From Candidatus Woesearchaeota archaeon (lineage in GTDB: Archaea; Nanobdellota; Nanobdellia; Woesearchaeales; GW2011-AR9), in the NCBI GenBank assembly GCA_018696595.1, contig JABHQW010000003.1, positions 224,001 through 288,000 on the forward strand: a DNA stretch of 64,000 nucleotides, written 5' to 3'. The notes under the pieces were generated by a model that saw nothing but the letters and a program-made list of their open reading frames with translations, was not told the origin of the DNA and made no database searches. Made by a program: the position numbers and the translations under genes. Shown here piece by piece: positions 19,118 through 28,142 of the stretch. The stretch's first letter is position 1. Each line of letters starts with the position of its first letter.

Positions 19118-19750
19118 CTAAAACAATAAATTTCTAAAATAAATTCCTAAGAATCCTAATGCCAACATAATAATCCAAATTGTTTTACTCCAATAAAATA
19201 TCTTCTTCCCATCAAACAACCAAAAAGGAATTAAATTAAACAATCCCAAAAAGAGATTCACATAATAACCAACGAACCAAACATTTATGAAACTAGGAAA
19301 AACAAAGTTTAAAGAGAAGAACACAATAGCTAAAACGTAATTAGTTAATGGGCCCGCTAAACTGATGATTCCATTTTCTTTTTGAGTGATTTGACCAGAA
19401 ATGATTACTGCACCAGGAGCTGCAAAAATTCTTCCAATAAAAACAGCTAAGCCGATAGCAAAATATAACATTTTATCCTCTGCTCTAAACTCAGCAACAC
19501 AACCATAATGTTGAGCAAGAAATTTATGAGCAAGTTCGTGAAACAAAAACCCCACACCCACAGTAAATAAAGAGATTAAAAAAGAGATTAAAAACTGATA
19601 AGAAAAAGCATTAGAAATATTGCCTTCAACTAAACTAGTTCCAGATAAGAAAAAAGCAAAAGCTAACGAAATTGCCAACCATGCTTTGGCAATGTCAACA
19701 AGTTCTATTCGAGAAGTTTTAATTCTTCCAATTTTAATTGTCTTGTACAT
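19118..19750 (-). CDS. Site-2 protease (M50) family Zn metallopeptidase
   Basis: HELAH, ISLAGPLTN, FNLIPFWLFDG; multiple TM helices. Confidence 0.9.
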   Translation of the reverse strand: MYKTIKIGRIKTSRIELVDIAKAWLAISLAFAFFLSGTSLVEGNISNAFSYQFLISFLISLFTVGVGFLFHELAHKFLAQHYGCVAEFRAEDKMLYFAIGLAVFIGRIFAAPGAVIISGQITQKENGIISLAGPLTNYVLAIVFFSLNFVFPSFINVWFVGYYVNLFLGLFNLIPFWLFDGKKIFYWSKTIWIIMLALGFLGIYFRNLLF

Positions 19751-19982
19751 CTTCGTTTTTCTCTTTCATCACAATCATCTTATCAAGTTCTTCTTCAGTG
19801 TGAACAATATCTTCCATCTTTTCTTTAAGAAAGTTTTTTAATTTTTGTGCTTCTTCCTCAACTTTCACTAACATATCTAAATCAGAAAAGTTTTCTTCAG
19901 CACATTCGGGACAATAATAATCAGGAGTATCTTTTATTTTGTAAATCGCTTCCTCACCACAGATCATACATTTCTTAACCAT
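19734..19982 (-). CDS. Small Zn-finger/coiled-coil protein
   Basis: CMICG...YYCPEC followed by an acidic helix; overlaps the protease gene start. Confidence 0.75.
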   Translation of the reverse strand: MVKKCMICGEEAIYKIKDTPDYYCPECAEENFSDLDMLVKVEEEAQKLKNFLKEKMEDIVHTEEELDKMIVMKEKNEDVQDN

Positions 19983-20087
19983 CTGTTTACTACGAAAGAG
20001 AAAAGTCTTTAAAAAGATTTCTGATGAAAATAAGAACGACTAAAAAGCATAAGCTTTTTATGTATGTTCTGAGATTCAACAATTACA

Positions 20088-20600
20088 ATGAATGAAAACG
20101 ATTTATTAGATGTTGTAAATGAAACAGATGAAGTAATTGGACAAGATTATAAGAACAATAAATTCACTAAAGGGTTTATCTCTAGAAATGCAGTGGTTTT
20201 TATTAAAGATAAAGAGGGCAGATATATTATTGTTAAAAGAAGCCCACTAAAAAGAACTGACCCCAATAAGTTAGATCTTTCTGTTTGTGGAAATGTTAAT
20301 GCTGGAGAAGATTATAAACAAGCAGCAATAAGGGAAATGAAAGAAGAAATTGGGATTGAGTGTGATGTTAAATTTCTAAAGAAAATCACTAATGAGATCC
20401 CCCACAAAGACACAATTCTAAAATTCTTCACAGGAATCTTTCTAGGAGAACATCATGGAGAAATTGTTACAAACGAAGAAGTTAAAGAACATCAACGTTG
20501 GACTTTAGAAGAGTTAAAACAAGAGATGGAACAGAACCCAGAACAATTCACCTTCGGTTTTAGAAAAGACTTTGAAGAAGTTAAAGATTTACTTCAATAA
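20088..20600 (+). CDS. NUDIX hydrolase (isopentenyl-diphosphate isomerase type-1-like)
   Basis: DVVNETDEVIG, KRSPLK..DPNKLDLSVCGNVNAGEDYKQAAIREMKEEIG. Confidence 0.9.
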   Translation: MNENDLLDVVNETDEVIGQDYKNNKFTKGFISRNAVVFIKDKEGRYIIVKRSPLKRTDPNKLDLSVCGNVNAGEDYKQAAIREMKEEIGIECDVKFLKKITNEIPHKDTILKFFTGIFLGEHHGEIVTNEEVKEHQRWTLEELKQEMEQNPEQFTFGFRKDFEEVKDLLQ

Positions 20601-21063
20601 CGTTTCTTTCACAGAAAAGAATATAAAATCCAATAGTATTCTATCTCTCATGGCAAAAGATGATGACACATTAGAGAATCTTGTCGGACCAACAATTGTT
20701 TTTAAAGATGGCGTCGAGTTTACTGGAGCAGGAATGAATTGTTTATCATTAAAATACAATTACTCTCACGGACAAAAGAACCCACATTATGAAGATGTTG
20801 CCAGTGTTTTTGTTAATGGAGAACTAAAATGGCAAAACCATAATTATTCTCAAGGAACACCAAAAACAACAGATTCTGTAGAGTTAGTTTTAGCCCCAAG
20901 AATAGAATATGTTATGAAAATAAGTAAAACATTACGATTTAAAAGACCAAAAGATAAAACAATAAAAACATTCTTGAAAATAGAAGCCAGTCAAGTAGAA
21001 AATGTTTACCAGAATGATGAACAACTTTGGCCATAAAAGTTTACTTCAATAACGTTTCTTTCA
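20588..21063. repeat. Perfect 24-bp direct repeat TTTACTTCAATAACGTTTCTTTCA (20588-20611 and 21040-21063) flanking an orphan gene cassette
   Basis: Direct comparison; the copies contain the stop codons of the two convergent neighbouring genes. Confidence 0.9.
20650..21036 (+). CDS. Orphan hypothetical protein within the direct-repeat-bounded cassette
   Basis: Start moved to ATG 20650 (MAKDDD), 22 nt after AATATAAA (leaderless spacing). Confidence 0.65.
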   Translation: MAKDDDTLENLVGPTIVFKDGVEFTGAGMNCLSLKYNYSHGQKNPHYEDVASVFVNGELKWQNHNYSQGTPKTTDSVELVLAPRIEYVMKISKTLRFKRPKDKTIKTFLKIEASQVENVYQNDEQLWP

Positions 21064-21730
21064 TTTCTTTGATTTCTTGTTCAGTTACAGCAGAACCATT
21101 ATACTTTGCTGCCCACAATACAGAATCTAGTAAAGTGGTTTTACCACCACGCTGTTTAGGCATATAATGATTCAACATTCCAAGTTTGTAAGCCACAGCA
21201 ACTAATTCAATAGAACGAACAATTTTTATATTTTTCAACTGATTACTAAAATCGTTCATTTTATCTTTGTTCACTTGAACATCTTTCTTGAAACGGATTT
21301 CTAATAACTTTTCCATTTCTTTATTATTCTCAATTAGTAAACGTAAAGTTCTTTCATCCATGACAACAGCAGAAGCATTGGTTTGTAAAGCACAAGTTAC
21401 TGCTTCCATTTCTCCAGTTTGAATTATGTCCATGTTTTTGTTTTTTATTTTGAAAGAACTGTTAGCCAAATTTTGTAACTGTTCTACTCTACTTTTAGGA
21501 ACTTTATCATAAACTTCTAATGTCCCATCTCTAATTAGTTTCATAACTTGTAATGCTTCAAATTCAAACCGTTTAATTCCTAATGGTCTTTCAACTAATT
21601 CTGTTTTAACACCGGGAGTAATGTAGAATTTTCCACCAAACTTTTCTTTCAGTTTAGGAAGAATCCAAATCAACCGAGACATAACTAGTGTGATGATCGG
21701 TCCTGCGTCGAAGAATAATGCTTTTTCCAT
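21041..21730 (-). CDS. PIN-domain protein (DUF3368/COG2405-like)
   Basis: FFDAGPIITL, ITPGVKTEL, GEMEAVTCAL, VVMDER. Confidence 0.75.
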   Translation of the reverse strand: MEKALFFDAGPIITLVMSRLIWILPKLKEKFGGKFYITPGVKTELVERPLGIKRFEFEALQVMKLIRDGTLEVYDKVPKSRVEQLQNLANSSFKIKNKNMDIIQTGEMEAVTCALQTNASAVVMDERTLRLLIENNKEMEKLLEIRFKKDVQVNKDKMNDFSNQLKNIKIVRSIELVAVAYKLGMLNHYMPKQRGGKTTLLDSVLWAAKYNGSAVTEQEIKEMKETLLK

Positions 21731-21731
21731 T

Positions 21732-22298
21732 TTAAACCCCAAATAGTTTCAGTGCTAATTCTAACCTTTTTTTTGCTGAGACTGAAACGTAATGTGAATC
21801 CATCACTTTAGTTCTGCCAGCATATTGTTGTAAGTCCCAATTAGATAAACCCATCAATCCCGCTGCTTGTCCTAATGAAAGACCTTTCTGCAATAAAACC
21901 GCTCCTTTTTTAATTCTGGCTGCATCCATTACATCTTGTAAATGTGTTTTTACTGAAGCGTTTGCACTTCTAACAATCTTAAAAAGAGATTTCACACTTT
22001 TATTATATCTAGCAAAATTTCCTTGTTGTAAATGATTTCTAGCAAATTCCAGTTCTGCAATTAAATCTTTATAATTTTCTTCTTTCATTTGCCGAACAAC
22101 TTTGTATATTGAATAAATAAGAACAGTTACTGAAATCAAATCAAGATTTTTGTATAAAGCCACATCTTCTATTGAATGGTCGCTTAAATCTTTCAATTGT
22201 TCTACATCTTGCAGTTCTCTTTGTTTAAGAATTTCAATAGTCTTAGTCAAATCATTAAGAATCTCTTTCTTTACCTCTCTTCTCATACTTGTTAGCAT
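21732..22298 (-). CDS. Hypothetical protein with a C-terminal UPF0175-like HTH
   Basis: GLSLGQAAGLMGLSNWDL. The ORF-track start lies inside the hairpin element, so the start was moved to 22298 (or 22286). Confidence 0.65.
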   Translation of the reverse strand: MLTSMRREVKKEILNDLTKTIEILKQRELQDVEQLKDLSDHSIEDVALYKNLDLISVTVLIYSIYKVVRQMKEENYKDLIAELEFARNHLQQGNFARYNKSVKSLFKIVRSANASVKTHLQDVMDAARIKKGAVLLQKGLSLGQAAGLMGLSNWDLQQYAGRTKVMDSHYVSVSAKKRLELALKLFGV

Positions 22299-22342
22299 AT
22301 TCTTGGGTTTTATTAAAGTTTTGGAAAGAAGCCTATACCACA

Positions 22343-22423
22343 ATTTTAAGAGCAGCGCCAATGGAGGCACATTTTTTGGCTAAAAGACAAAAAATCTCGG
22401 GTGCCGTGCCCTGCTCTTAAAAT
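22343..22423. other. Dispersed hairpin element, copy 1 (core GCCAATGGAGGCAC...GTGCCGTGCC)
   Basis: 13-bp closing inverted repeat ATTTTAAGAGCAG/CTGCTCTTAAAAT; inner stem ATTTTTTG/CAAAAAAT. Confidence 0.8.
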
Positions 22424-22491
22424 GATTTTATAACCCAAGTAAACAATTGACAGACCAACAAATTTATAACCAATAAAATATTACTTTCTTT

Positions 22492-22986
22492 ATGGCTTAT
22501 GCAGTAACCCATATCATTCTAACAATCGTTGTCTTAGATTTATTTAGACATTATGTATTTGGAAAAAGAAGATTTCCGAGATATATGTTAGTGATTGGTG
22601 GGATTGCTGGACTTCTTCCAGACATTGATATTCCTCTTAGTTGGATTTATAATTTATTTACAGGACTCTCAGTTAATTTTCATGGTATGTTTACCCATTC
22701 ATTAATATTCCCAATAATATTTGCTTTGATAGGAGTTATTTTCCATTTCAAAAAAGGGAATCATAAATGGGCAAAGATATTTTACATTATTGCTTTTGGA
22801 TTGTTTTTCCATTCAATATTAGATTGTGCTTTTGGTGGTTACAAAACTTTCTTCTGGCCGTTCTACTTCATAAACTTCTGTCCACAATGGGGAATTGCTA
22901 GTTATATGCAAAGTGTAGATGCAATTATATTAGTTGTTTGGTTGCTACATGAAGAAATACATAATAAGATCAAGGATTATATTTGA
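22492..22986 (+). CDS. Membrane-bound metal-dependent hydrolase (YdjM/DUF457 family)
   Basis: TH...GLLPDIDIP...HGMFTHSL...HSILD; TM helices. Confidence 0.85.
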   Translation: MAYAVTHIILTIVVLDLFRHYVFGKRRFPRYMLVIGGIAGLLPDIDIPLSWIYNLFTGLSVNFHGMFTHSLIFPIIFALIGVIFHFKKGNHKWAKIFYIIAFGLFFHSILDCAFGGYKTFFWPFYFINFCPQWGIASYMQSVDAIILVVWLLHEEIHNKIKDYI

Positions 22987-22988
22987 AA

Positions 22989-24038
22989 ATGAAAAAAGAG
23001 ACAATTCCCGGAACTATCAGGATTCAAGTGAAAGGATTAATTCCTTATCAGAAAACTAAAACCTCTTGGAAGAAATGTTCTCAAAAGTTTCCCAAAGTAA
23101 AAGAGATTGTTAAATTGTTTAAAGCACACAAAAACTTCAACATCCTAGTTGATAAAGTTAATCCAAGATTCCTTAAAGGACAATTGCTAAAAGGAAAAAT
23201 TCAAGGTGCAAGAATTAACGTTCTTCCAGATGGAACAAAAATAGATAAAGCTTATTCTTTATTCGCAGACCATTTAACAGTTCATGATCAAAAGTCAAAT
23301 GAACATTGGGATGTTTTATATCAGAATCCTGGTGGAACGTGGGCTTATTGTTATTCTTTAGAAAAAAAAGCGAAAAACACTATTAAAAAATATAATAAAG
23401 TTCATCAATTTGATAAAGTTTATTCTAACTTAAACAAAAACGTTTCTTCAGCACTAAGAAATAAGAAAGATAACCTTGCCTTACCTATGTATACTTTATT
23501 GAAAACAAGAATGAGAATTGGTAATGAAATTTATTATAAGTTACACAATCATAAAGGATTAACAACATTAAAGAAAAAAAATATTAAAATAAAAGGTAAC
23601 AAAATTGAATTTCAATATGTGGGAAAAGATGGAGTCCCACAAGATGTTGTTAAAGAATTTCCTGTTTCTTACATTAAACGAATGAAAGAACATCTTAAAA
23701 AGATTAAAAGAGAAGATTTTGTTTTTGTTTCTAATTCCGGACACCCATTACCAGAGAAGGAATTCAAATTAGCTTTCAAGAGGTACTGCGGTAAAGAATT
23801 CTATCCCCATATAGTAAGATCTCATTATGCTACAAGTAAAGTTAAAAATTTCATTAAAGGTAAAAGAAAACTCAACAAAAAGGAAGTAAATAAGTTATAT
23901 TTAGAAATTGCTAGTTCTTTAGGGCATAAAAAGTTCTCAAAAAAAGATAATGTTTGGAAAGAAAGTTTCTCTGTTACTGTGGGACATTATATTGAGCCAA
24001 AGTTGGTTGAGAAGGTTAAAAAAATGGTTAGTAAATAA
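22989..24038 (+). CDS. DNA topoisomerase IB (bacterial/viral type)
   Basis: MRIGNE (Arg), GLTTL, FQYVGKDG (Lys), HIVRSHYAT (Arg), SLGH (His) and GHYI (Tyr) give the TopIB catalytic pentad in order. Confidence 0.8.
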   Translation: MKKETIPGTIRIQVKGLIPYQKTKTSWKKCSQKFPKVKEIVKLFKAHKNFNILVDKVNPRFLKGQLLKGKIQGARINVLPDGTKIDKAYSLFADHLTVHDQKSNEHWDVLYQNPGGTWAYCYSLEKKAKNTIKKYNKVHQFDKVYSNLNKNVSSALRNKKDNLALPMYTLLKTRMRIGNEIYYKLHNHKGLTTLKKKNIKIKGNKIEFQYVGKDGVPQDVVKEFPVSYIKRMKEHLKKIKREDFVFVSNSGHPLPEKEFKLAFKRYCGKEFYPHIVRSHYATSKVKNFIKGKRKLNKKEVNKLYLEIASSLGHKKFSKKDNVWKESFSVTVGHYIEPKLVEKVKKMVSK

Positions 24039-24223
24039 ATTCTAACTACAATTAAGTGACAACACCCAAAACATTTATAAACTGAACACGAAGAAATAGA
24101 GTTATAACAGATTATTTTACAGAATATGACCAAAAATGGCACCAGAGAATATCTTCTCTTCATGTTAATGCATTACGTACTGCAGAATCAACTGCTAAAG
24201 CATCAAAGAAATTTAAAAAAATT

Positions 24224-25588
24224 ATGGTTTCTGCAGAAAGAAAGAGACAACAAGCATTAATAAATTATGATCAAACAACAGCTCTTGATTCCTTAGAATC
24301 TAAATTAAGAGCAATAGATATACAAGAAGATTTAGATACAATGGATTTGTCAAGAGAAATAACTTTAGAAGTTGTGCAAATGGAGTTAAGAACACATTTA
24401 CGACAATCATTGACAGAGTTAACTGATATTGGTTGGAAAATGTACCAGGATGATTTAAAACAATTTAATGATGAAGGACAATTAATATTTTATTTCAAGT
24501 TAGCAAATGAATTATTTATGATCAGTGAATTACATGAAATGGAATTTTCTTATCGTACTGATGAACCATTATTATCAGATTGTAATGTATTAAAAGAAAG
24601 ATTATTTCCAAGAGGACCACCTAAAGGAAGTATTGATAGCTTTTTTGAGAGCAGACAAGATGATGTAAAAACTTTGGTCCAAGAATTACAAAGAAATAAT
24701 TATATCACTAAGAAAGCAGCAAGAAAATTAACTCAATTATTAAACCCACTTAGTGCTGAATTAGAAAGAAGAGAAGTGGCTAATATTACTTCAGCGGTAA
24801 GCGAACTTTTTGATAGTATTTATAGTACAATAGAAACACATACAAAACCAGTACCAAAAAAAAAGACAGTTATTGAAGAAAAAGTTGCAACAGGACCAAC
24901 TCCAGAACAAATTGCTGAAAGTCAAGATGTTTTAATTAATTTCTTTGATTTAAGAGAAGAAATTGCTGACAATTATGCTAACCAATTATCTCAATCAGAT
25001 ATAATTCATATGTATAGTCAACTAGCCAACACAATTGGTGACGAACCAGCAATAGCAGTTATTAGAGATAATCCAGAAATTTTAACATATGTACAAACTA
25101 ATCAATGGAGTAAATATGTCAGAGCCTTAAGTGTTATCTGTAACGGAACCGGGCAAGAAACAATTGAAAGTTATCCCACAAATGAATATTCCTCTTTAGA
25201 AAGAGCTTTAGAATTAAAACAAAAAGTTAATTCGTTTGCTAATAGTAAAGATACAGCAGAAATAACTGAAGAATTAACAAAACCAGAATTTGAATTATAC
25301 AGATATACCTTTCTTCATACAGGAAATGAACATGTAAATAGAAGAAGAGAAAGTTTAATTAAAAAAGGAAAAGTAACAGTTACAGACCGAGATCATTGGA
25401 ATGGAGGAAGTTCTGGTGCAAGAGGAAATAACATCATCATGAAATTAGATTATGAAATCGGGATTTTGTTTTCAGACTTGGGCTTACCAGAACCTGATTG
25501 TAATCCTAATTTTGGTCAAAGAACATTATCTATTTCTCCACAAGACCAAGCTAACCTAGCAGAAGTTGCTGCTTTATATTGTAAATAA
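24224..25588 (+). CDS. Large alpha-helical hypothetical protein; the frame is open back to an ATA at 24104
   Basis: 454-aa ORF with no family recognised; upstream in-frame extension read by hand. Confidence 0.75.
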   Translation: MVSAERKRQQALINYDQTTALDSLESKLRAIDIQEDLDTMDLSREITLEVVQMELRTHLRQSLTELTDIGWKMYQDDLKQFNDEGQLIFYFKLANELFMISELHEMEFSYRTDEPLLSDCNVLKERLFPRGPPKGSIDSFFESRQDDVKTLVQELQRNNYITKKAARKLTQLLNPLSAELERREVANITSAVSELFDSIYSTIETHTKPVPKKKTVIEEKVATGPTPEQIAESQDVLINFFDLREEIADNYANQLSQSDIIHMYSQLANTIGDEPAIAVIRDNPEILTYVQTNQWSKYVRALSVICNGTGQETIESYPTNEYSSLERALELKQKVNSFANSKDTAEITEELTKPEFELYRYTFLHTGNEHVNRRRESLIKKGKVTVTDRDHWNGGSSGARGNNIIMKLDYEIGILFSDLGLPEPDCNPNFGQRTLSISPQDQANLAEVAALYCK

Positions 25589-25589
25589 A

Positions 25590-25727
25590 TGGGGCCGCGA
25601 AGACTTTCAAATTCTCTCTTGCGAAAGAATTTTTTGAATTCCAGGATTAATTATTAATCTCTCCGATTCCACGACTTCTGGTTTTGATCCCCAGCCGTGG
25701 GTGCTAACCAAGTTACACTACGGCCCC
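25590..25727 (-). tRNA. tRNA-Pro(GGG) with three introns: 37/38 (25676-25688), 53/54 (25639-25660) and 59/60 (25604-25632)
   Basis: Acceptor GGGGCCG/CGGCCCC with A73; D stem GTGT/GCAC; anticodon stem CACGG/TCGTG; T stem CGGAG/CTTCG; BHB-type helices CTGG/CCAG, TCGG/CTGG and TTCA/TGAA; 138 nt minus 64 nt gives a 74-nt mature tRNA. Confidence 0.88.
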
Positions 25728-25774
25728 GATGAAGTCTAAGTAAAGAATCAATATATAAAATTTACTATAAGAAA

Positions 25775-26188
25775 CTAAAATCTACTTCTCTGATGAAAAT
25801 CTTCTTTTCCCACCAATCCATCTTCTAAAAGAAACTTTTGAGAACCGATATACAAACCATCATGACGTAAATCTAAATTAGCCACTTTAACAAGTCGTTG
25901 ATATTCCCCATCAACAATATTATCCACCCTGGCTTCTCGAATAGAATCAACAAACTCAAAAAAATCATTTCCTCCTGAAGAAAAAAGATATTTCCGTTCT
26001 GCAGTTTCAATTTCTTTTAACAAATCACCATCAATATCTGGGTTTTGTTTAAGAAAACCAGCTTTATTATCAATAATCGCATAAGCACAATAATCCATTT
26101 TAACTTGACTTAAAACAGTTTCATCAAAAAAAGATAATTCTGTCATAAAGCGAAGTACTTCTGATCTCATTTGGTTCATGATAGTCAT
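25775..26188 (-). CDS. Hypothetical protein
   Basis: 137-aa ORF with TATA-like TTTTATAAA upstream on the minus strand. Confidence 0.65.
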   Translation of the reverse strand: MTIMNQMRSEVLRFMTELSFFDETVLSQVKMDYCAYAIIDNKAGFLKQNPDIDGDLLKEIETAERKYLFSSGGNDFFEFVDSIREARVDNIVDGEYQRLVKVANLDLRHDGLYIGSQKFLLEDGLVGKEDFHQRSRF

Positions 26189-26219
26189 AAATCTGTTTGG
26201 AAAAGGTTAGTTTATAAAA

Positions 26220-26654
26220 TTAATGCTTATAAATTTCATTAGTAAAGAAGTTCTTAATTATTTTCACACAAGGTGGAAATACTTTCTCTGGCAATTCTGA
26301 AAAGGAAAACCAACGCCACTCGACTATTTCATCTGGTTCCATTGTTTTAACATCTCCTTCAAAGTCTGTACAAATAAATCCGTTAGTTACAAAATGGTTG
26401 TCATGTACAATTTCATCCGTCACACTAATTAGTTTTAAATTATTAGCTTTCAGACTAGTTTCTTCTTCTAACTCCCTCATAGCACTCTCTTTAATTGTTT
26501 GATGCCAATCAACTTTACCACCTGGCATAGTCCAAGTTCCTTCTCCATGTAATTCAGAACTAGCTTTCTCTGCATCAGAATGTCTTAAACCTAAAAGAAC
26601 CTTATGATTTCTAACAACCATAACTCCTACTCCTGCTCTTGGATATTTTGTCAT
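26220..26654 (-). CDS. NUDIX hydrolase (MutT/NUDT15-like)
   Basis: PRAGVGVMV, GTWTMPGGKV..HQTIKESAMRELEEETSL, MEPDEIVEWRWF. Confidence 0.9.
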   Translation of the reverse strand: MTKYPRAGVGVMVVRNHKVLLGLRHSDAEKASSELHGEGTWTMPGGKVDWHQTIKESAMRELEEETSLKANNLKLISVTDEIVHDNHFVTNGFICTDFEGDVKTMEPDEIVEWRWFSFSELPEKVFPPCVKIIKNFFTNEIYKH

Positions 26655-26707
26655 AATAACAACAAGAAACAAATACATTTAAAAACTTTATGAATAACAT
26701 TTAATAG

Positions 26708-27178
26708 ATGAGAGAAAAACCTAAAGAGCGGTTAACCACCTGGTTATTCCTATTTGCATACTTAACTACTTTAGCAATAACTTTCTTAGACTTTTTCAAA
26801 CTTAAAATATTAACATTTAATTACGAAATCATTTTTGGGATCCTTTTAGCAGGAGGAATAGCCTTAAGACTTCTTTGTAGAATGTGGTTAAGAAGGTTTT
26901 TTAGTATCCATATTAAGATTAAAAAAGACCATGAAATTGTTAGAAAAGGATTATATAAATATGTTAGACATCCGATGTATACTTCTACACTTTTAATTTT
27001 CTTAGGTTTTGCAGGAATATTTTCTTCAATCTTAGGAATAATTGCAACTCTAGTTTTAATACTACCAGTAACTTTGTTAAGAATTAAACGAGAAGAATAT
27101 TATTTGAAACAGAAAACAAAAGAACGTTATGAAGATTATATGAGAAATACTAAGAAACTAATCCCTTTTATTTATTAA
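26708..27178 (+). CDS. Isoprenylcysteine carboxylmethyltransferase (ICMT/Ste14) family membrane protein
   Basis: HEIVRKGLYKYVRHPMYTS, RIKREEYYL, YEDYMRNTKKLIPFIY. Confidence 0.9.
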   Translation: MREKPKERLTTWLFLFAYLTTLAITFLDFFKLKILTFNYEIIFGILLAGGIALRLLCRMWLRRFFSIHIKIKKDHEIVRKGLYKYVRHPMYTSTLLIFLGFAGIFSSILGIIATLVLILPVTLLRIKREEYYLKQKTKERYEDYMRNTKKLIPFIY

Positions 27179-27185
27179 ACAACTT

Positions 27186-28094
27186 CTACTTATTTTTTGT
27201 GATTAAGCTTATTACAGTATCAGAAAAAGGGACAAGGATATCTTTTCTAGTAACTCCAAAATATTCTTGCCAACTTTCATCAAACCAACCACCATGCTTA
27301 AGAAAAGTTTCCTCTTCTTTCACAAAACTAGGATTATCAGAAACTAATAATTTTCCACCTGGCGCTAAACTTTTAGTGATATTAGCCATAGCTAATCTCT
27401 GTGCTTCTGGAGATAATTGATACATAACACTCATGCAATTAGCGAAATGGAATCTTCCTTCATGTAAAACAACATCAGCAATATCATTATGGTGAACATC
27501 AACGTTTCCAGGAAATATTTTTCTAAGTCTACCATGATTAACTTTAAAGGATTTAGGAACCTTTGCTTTCTTAATTCCTTCACGTAAATAATAGTTCGGA
27601 CCAAAACTTCTTGAACTTCGACATTCGGAATCAAAAAGTAATCCTAGCTCTCCTTCAACCGCACCTGAGCAACCTTTAGCAACCTTACAATAATCAAACC
27701 AAGATTCCCCACCAGTTGGATCTTCTTCCCAACTAATTCTTGCAAACAAATGTTTTCTTCCAAGAACATTTTCAACAATCCCAGAATGATTATCAACAAT
27801 AGTCATGCCATATTCAATTCCTTTTTCTTCAAGCTTTGCCCCGATAAAATATGGTTCATAAGAACAAAGTAAAGGATGAGCCCAAATGCCTACACCAATT
27901 TGTAAAACTTCAAACTTTTCCAAAAACTCTACTTCTGGAATTACTTGTTGCTCTAAAACATTTAAAACTCTTGGCATTCGATCAATTCCCGTTTGGGTAA
28001 GATATTTTTCTGAGTCCAACCAAGTACTGCCTTGATGAATAATAACGGGTTCATATCTTTCTCTAAGTTCTGCTAATAATGTGTCTTTATCCAT
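27186..28094 (-). CDS. Class I SAM-dependent methyltransferase (CheR-like C-terminus)
   Basis: VLQIGVG (motif I-like), FHFANCMSVMYQL, SLAPGGKLLV. Confidence 0.6.
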   Translation of the reverse strand: MDKDTLLAELRERYEPVIIHQGSTWLDSEKYLTQTGIDRMPRVLNVLEQQVIPEVEFLEKFEVLQIGVGIWAHPLLCSYEPYFIGAKLEEKGIEYGMTIVDNHSGIVENVLGRKHLFARISWEEDPTGGESWFDYCKVAKGCSGAVEGELGLLFDSECRSSRSFGPNYYLREGIKKAKVPKSFKVNHGRLRKIFPGNVDVHHNDIADVVLHEGRFHFANCMSVMYQLSPEAQRLAMANITKSLAPGGKLLVSDNPSFVKEEETFLKHGGWFDESWQEYFGVTRKDILVPFSDTVISLITKNK

Positions 28095-28142
28095 TAGAAT
28101 TGATTAAGATAAAGAATCTTTTAAAAATCTTTTGTAAAGGAA

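Noticed and set aside
22357-22370. GGCAATGGAG-like core as a fluoride riboswitch
   Set aside because: It lacks the following pseudoknot-forming segment and the downstream conserved UGA/CU motif, and there is no crcB/eriC neighbour.
22989-24038. Protelomerase or integrase
   Set aside because: The RIGNE, GLTTL and YVGKDG context fits topoisomerase IB better than TGRR/GQxK protelomerase or integrase boxes. Not fully excluded without a phylogeny.
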